Of a stretch of 64,000 bases of DNA, positions 59,201-64,000 are shown one piece after another (the stretch's first letter is position 1; each line of letters starts with the position of its first letter). The DNA lies in assembly GCF_009914755.1 (NCBI RefSeq), contig NC_060939.1, one strand, 5' to 3'. The translations under genes were made by a program, and so were the position numbers. The notes beneath the pieces were generated by a model that was not told the DNA's origin, did not search any database, and saw only the letters and a program-made list of their open reading frames with translations. Source of the DNA: the human T2T-CHM13v2.0 reference genome, Homo sapiens.

Positions 59201-62200
59201 GGTGGAGGTGATAGATACTAAGGAGGGCAAAGGCACTCCACACAGAGGAGTCACAGGAGCAAAGGTGAAAACTGGCAGGGTGTGGGTTTCGATAAAGTTC
59301 GACGTCTGCACTGTAAGGTCTGGAGGGTAAAGTTCTAGACAAGGAGTGTCAGGGGATGGGGCTGGAGAGATAGGAAAGGGCCCAGGATGGGGAGTGGGTA
59401 GGGATATGGGAGGATGCTCAAGGACTTGGATTTTACCCTCAAGGCCAGAGAGAGCCACTGAAGGTTTTGAACAGGGAAGCGTCAAGGTGGAATTCACACG
59501 GTGGGACCCTGGAAGGAGGGCAGGAAAGAGGGGGAGATGGAGACATTGAGGACTGCAATGCCTGTGTGAGAATGAAGCTGTGGAAGGTGGGCGGGGGCAA
59601 TGGGAGAGGTCCTTGGGAAGCAATGCTAGCTGTACTTGGCAATGACTGGGTGTGCAGCATGAAGGAAACCCTGAATTAGGGCTGCCCCAGGGGCCTGCTC
59701 GGGTGATAGGAGGATGATGGTGTCTTCCACAGAGCTAGAGAACATGCGTGCAGAGGGAGTCTTGGCAGGAAGGGGGATAATTAGGATAGTTTGTTGGAGG
59801 TACCACTGCCAGGCCATCTGAGGGAGAGAGGAGGCTCCCCAGGCACACTTGGAGAATGAATTGAGAAGTGGGTCAAGGACAGAAGCCTGGAGACCAGCCA
59901 CACAGAAGGGGTTGGCGGCAGCCAAAGGAGCAAGGGTTTCAAGGAGGGAAAGATCAGCAGCATCTCTGCAAGACCCGCAGGACAAAAACTGAGCCATGTC
60001 CACCGATTTAGGGACAAGGAGGCCACTGGTGACTTAGGGTGTAGGTGCAAAAACTGAATTGGAGCGGATGGCAGATGAGGCTGTGCAGACAGCAAGTGTA
60101 AATGGCTTTTTGGATCAATTTTTATGAGATCAGGCGGGGAGGCTGAATGGGCAGGGTGTGACCCAGTGTCAAGGATGGGCATGAGTTTGGGGTGGGAGAC
60201 ACTTTGTTTGTACGAGCTGAGGTGGGGAGTTTGTAGAAGGAATATGAAGGAATGGGAGATGAAGAGATGTCCGATGGAGCAAGGTCCCCTGGCACAGAGT
60301 AGAAAAGCTCCCCACCCCACCGGGAGGGGTGGGTCTTTGCAGGAGCAAGCTCACCTCATTCTGACAGGTTGGAATTAAAGAGGGGCCAGGCATGGCAGGT
60401 GGTTCATGCCTGTAATCCCAGCACTTTGGGAGGATGTAGTGGGAGGCTGTAGTGGGAGGATTGTTTGAGCCCAGGAGTTTGAGACCAGCCTGGGCCACAC
60501 AGCAAGACCCCACCTCTACAAAAAATTTTAAAAATAAAAATAAATTTTAAAAAAAGAAAAAGGAGGATGGGTACAGATGCAGAGTCATTATAGGTGCTCT
60601 GGAGGGGAGGGGCAGTGAGAGAGGCGACAGCAATGACCTGGTCTGCTTGGTGAACTTGAAAGTAGGGTCATCTGCTGAGATGGGGTGGGTCCATGTCCCT
60701 CACAGCTTCCTTCTAGAGATGGTGATGTCCACCTTTGGCAGGGTCTGAAGCCAGGGCCATCTCTGTTTCCTTGGCTGCCTCCTTCACTCAGATCTGATTT
60801 GTTTCTCTTGAAGAACAATTGAATTCTCTCCAGTAGAGAATGAAAATTACCCCACTCATCCTATTTCCATGTTTGCCATGGCTGTCAGGAATGCAATCTG
60901 AATCATTGAATGATCCCTTGCAATGGTCAGCAGTGACTTTCTCTGTTTCTGGGTGACTTTGATTTCTCTGGCTTTTCAATATCTTTATTACATCACCTCT
61001 TTCCTGGGGAGGCTGTTCACAGACGTTCTGGGAATAGCTGTGATAGAGAAATGAGGCTCATATTCTCAGGACTTGGCTCCTGAGCTGCGACAGTGGCTTG
61101 CTTGCCTTAGGTAGGCCTTCTCCATGGGTGCAGCGACAGCGCTGGCACCATCAGACTAACAAGGATGGCCTTGGTGTCCCCAGTCTTAGAAGAAGGAGGT
61201 GCCTCTTGCCCGCTCTCCCAGCCAAAGCCCAGGGAGGTCTTCAAGGAGCTTAGCTCAGGTCCTGCCCGTCCCCAAACCAATCCCTGTGAATGGATCCTAG
61301 ATGAATAAAATACTTCCAAAAGCACTTCTGTCCTTGTGCCCCTCCTGGAGGACCCCTCCACACTGCCCCCTCTCCCTGAGTCCCCATCCTGGCCTGCCCA
61401 GACCCCCCCAGCCTTCCTGGCCCGCCCCGACCACAAAGCACAGGCCCTGAGGCGCACAGACCTTCTTGGCCTCCTAGCCCCATGCCCTCCCTGTGTGAGG
61501 CACTCATCTCGGCTGGCCTCAGAGGCCTCCCTCTCCAAGTGGGCATCACTGTAGACCCCACCTTGTAGGGGTCTTGTGAGGATTCATTGTGAAAATGCAT
61601 CTGAAGTGCCAAGCTCACCTCCTGGCGACCACGGAGCCTCTCCCTGGCCAGGTCCCCCTCCCCTGAACCCCCATGGCCGGTGCCAGCAGCCCCAGCACCG
61701 CTCTGTGGGGCTCCACCCGTGTGTCTCAATGACACCCGTTCAGGTAGGAACTCCAGCCCACAAGCTTCCATGTGAGAGAAAGGTCATTTTATTTTTTATA
61801 ACTCAACTTATCTTCTCCCTCAATGTTATCATTCCAGTGAGTGACGGGAACTCAATTTCTGTCCATTTGGAACCTCCCTTCATCCCTTCCTCTGGGGGTC
61901 ACCAGGGGGGGCTTATCTATCATTACTCCTCAAGTGTCTCCTGACCTGTCCACTTCTCCAGCTGGTCCTGGGTCCTCTATCCTTGCAGGTGGCCATGGCG
62001 ACCCCCTCTTCTCCATGGTGGGCTCATTCTGGTCTCCCGCCTCTCTTCTCTTCAGGCCTCTCGTGGAGACTAGTTCCGCTGTTTTGGTGCCTGCAGAGCC
62101 TCACTGGCTTTCTAGGGCCCTGCTTGCCACGCACCACACGGGCATTCCTCTCTCTGCAGTCCTGGGACCTCCCTGGGACTCGACCAGGAAGCCAGGCACA

Positions 62201-63458
62201 GGGCTTCACTGCTTGCAATGCTGCAAACACACCTGGCTTGGCGGCCTTGCCAGGCTCAGGCGCTTTCTCTGTGATACCAGTGTCCTTGTTATTGCCTGTA
62301 CCAGAGGGGTTGGGTAGAACTTACCTTTATTCGTGATGTTTCAGATCACATTTTTTATCCATGGCTATGAGTCCTTTCCATTCTTCGAAGATCCTGGATT
62401 CTGAAATTCAAAAGCCAGGGAGAGGCCGGGCGCGGTGGCTTACGCTTGTAATCGCAGCACTTTGGGAGGCTGAGGTGGGCGAATCACTTGAGCCCAGGAG
62501 TTCAACACCAGCCTGAGCAATATGGCGAAACCCTGTCTCTACCAAAAATACAAAAATTAGCCAGCCATGGCGGTGGGCAACTGTAATCCCAGCTACTCGG
62601 GAGGCTGAGGCAGAAGGGTTGCTTGGACCCAGGAGGCAGAGTTTGCAGTCAGCCGAGATCATGCCACTGTACTCCAGCCTGGGCAACAAAGTGAGACCCT
62701 ATCTCCAAAAAAAAAAAAAAAAAATCTAGGGAGAGACATCTCCCCCTCTGCTATCCATTCTTATGTGTCTTTCCTGATGGACTGGCTGAGTGGCTCAAAG
62801 AAGAGAAGGGCAAAAGGGGAAAGGAAACTCCAGGAAGCATGCTCATTGATGAACATTTCAGAACACAGTCCGAGCACACATGTGTAAACTCCTTCACGGA
62901 GTAGCTGATGGGCTCGTCTCCTTCCTCCGTGGGGCCTAGCATGGCGCTGGACCACAGCAGATGCTCCACTGATGCCCAGCGCCTCTTGCTGTTTGGCTTC
63001 ACGGCCTCCTTACACATCTCCCTCACATTTGGTAAGCACTTTACAGTTTGCAAGGCCCTTTCACAACACTTTCTGCCAGTACATCCTAACTACTTTTTGG
63101 CACAGTAGCGGTGGTTGTTTTCATTTCCAGATGAGGAAACAGGCTCAGTGAGGTTGGGTGACTTTCCTGCCCTCCACGCTCTGGGTGGAGTAAGGTGGAG
63201 TCCGCGGGCGGGGCTGCAGGGTTCTGAAGAGGTGGTGTCCTGGCTGTTGACCCCTCCTCTGTCTCATCCCCCAGGGCTCTCTGCCTTCCTGCTGGTGGCC
63301 TGCCTCCTGGATTTCCAGAGGGCCCTGGCTCTGTTTGTCCTCACCTGTGTGGTCCTCACCTTCCTGGGCCACCGCCTGCTGAAACGGCTTCTGGGGCCAA
63401 AGCTGAGGAGGTTTCTCAAGCCTCAGGGCCATCCCCGCCTGCTGCTCTGGTTTAAGAG
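56139..63458 (+). CDS. SLC28A1: SLC28A1 (CNT1, Na+/nucleoside cotransporter 1) spliced CDS, 3'-partial: join(56139..56234,57150..57238,58776..58867,63275..63458)
   Basis: Translates as [154 protein letters not shown], recognised as the hCNT1 N-terminus. GT-AG boundaries and phases are consistent. Confidence 0.96.
57150..57238 (+). CDS. SLC28A1: SLC28A1 exon 4 (89 nt)
   Basis: ctgtag|GAGGAA ... AGATG|gtaggt. Confidence 0.93.
58006..58465 (-). mobile_element. Alu (about 58209-58465) with its tail expanded into a (TTTC/TTCC)n tract (58006-58208)
   Basis: Direct read. Confidence 0.9.
58776..58867 (+). CDS. SLC28A1: SLC28A1 exon 5 (92 nt)
   Basis: ttcccag|GAGGAAC ... CACTG|gtgagc. Confidence 0.93.
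58940..60130. mobile_element. L2-like LINE fragments
   Basis: cattcactcacccagtcattcaacaaatggttgttgagcacc 3'-end-like motif followed by L2-like body. Confidence 0.5.
60384..60560 (+). mobile_element. Alu monomer
   Basis: Left-arm consensus with A-rich tail. Confidence 0.8.
62423..62724 (+). mobile_element. Alu
   Basis: Consensus with poly(A). TSD-like agggaga. Confidence 0.92.
63275..63458 (+). CDS. SLC28A1: SLC28A1 exon 6 (184 nt), first transmembrane segments
   Basis: atcccccag|GGCTCT ... TAAGAG|gtgagt. Hydrophobic helices. Confidence 0.95.
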
Positions 63459-63712
63459 GTGAGTGAGCTCACAGCCCCGAGGCAGGGCAGGGGAGGGCCC
63501 CTGAGCTGAGGGGTTGGCTCCAGGGTTATGGCCAGGGCTGGAGGAGGAGGAAGGCTCTGTGTCATGGAGAACTCTCTGGCGCCCCAGGGCAGGAGCCAGT
63601 GGGTGGCTTCAAACAAAGCAGCATCTTTGTGGTGTTTCACCAGTTCTTAGTCCCAGTTACAGCAGGTGACTGTGGTGGACGAAAACTGGACTCAACAGTT
63701 TCCTCCATTCAG

Positions 63713-63779
63713 GGATCCCAGGCCATGGAGCAAGGAGGGCCCGAATCAGTACCTCCCTCAGATCACCTGGACAGTGTGA
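63713..63779 (+). CDS. SLC28A1: SLC28A1 alternative terminal exon: (R)DPRPWSKEGPNQYLPQITWTV*, giving a 175-aa truncated isoform
   Basis: tttcctccattcag|GGATCCC in phase with exon 6, with TGA at 63777-63779. 154+21=175 aa, which matches the recalled short isoform. Confidence 0.75.
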
Positions 63780-64000
63780 GACAAAAAGCCGCAGGGACCA
63801 TCCCTGGAGGGGGATTCAGCAGGCTCGATCGGGGTCCAGGTGCTGGTATTTTTCATTAGCCTCCAGGGGATTCTGATGTAGCCAGCAGCGTCCTTGGACA
63901 ACAGTTTGAGATCTGCTGCTTTTCAAACTGGATTCCTTGGAGCGCTGGAAATCTCAGCGATGTCACAGGGCAGGAGAGGGAGGTTGTGGAGGGAAAATTC

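Overview
Mammalian DNA, almost certainly human 15q25.3. It holds the 3' part of ALPK3 (alpha-protein kinase 3, + strand; 11 coding exons, conventionally exons 4-14, from 7365 to the stop at 36844, then a 3' UTR of about 5 kb). The 5' part of SLC28A1/CNT1 follows (+ strand; two non-coding exons, ATG at 56139, four coding exons and an alternative terminal exon giving a 175-aa form). Coding-exon boundaries were checked by hand for GT-AG and reading-frame phase. The rest is mostly Alu, L1, L2/MIR, ERVL/LTR and DNA-transposon relics plus microsatellites. The most notable unexplained structures are: (1) a 52-bp near-perfect inverted repeat over the branch-point region just before the 49-nt ALPK3 exon 13; (2) an antisense SNORA25-like H/ACA snoRNA retrocopy with 3' trailer, A-tail and TSD, nested in a MER44 element; (3) SLC28A1 exon-1 uORFs that stop in exon 2 if it is included but overlap the main AUG if it is skipped; (4) an antisense ERVL-type provirus relic forming the distal ALPK3 3' UTR between two poly(A) signals. 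Exon numbers, repeat family names and the snoRNA identity come from recall, not from database searches. Repeat boundaries are approximate.
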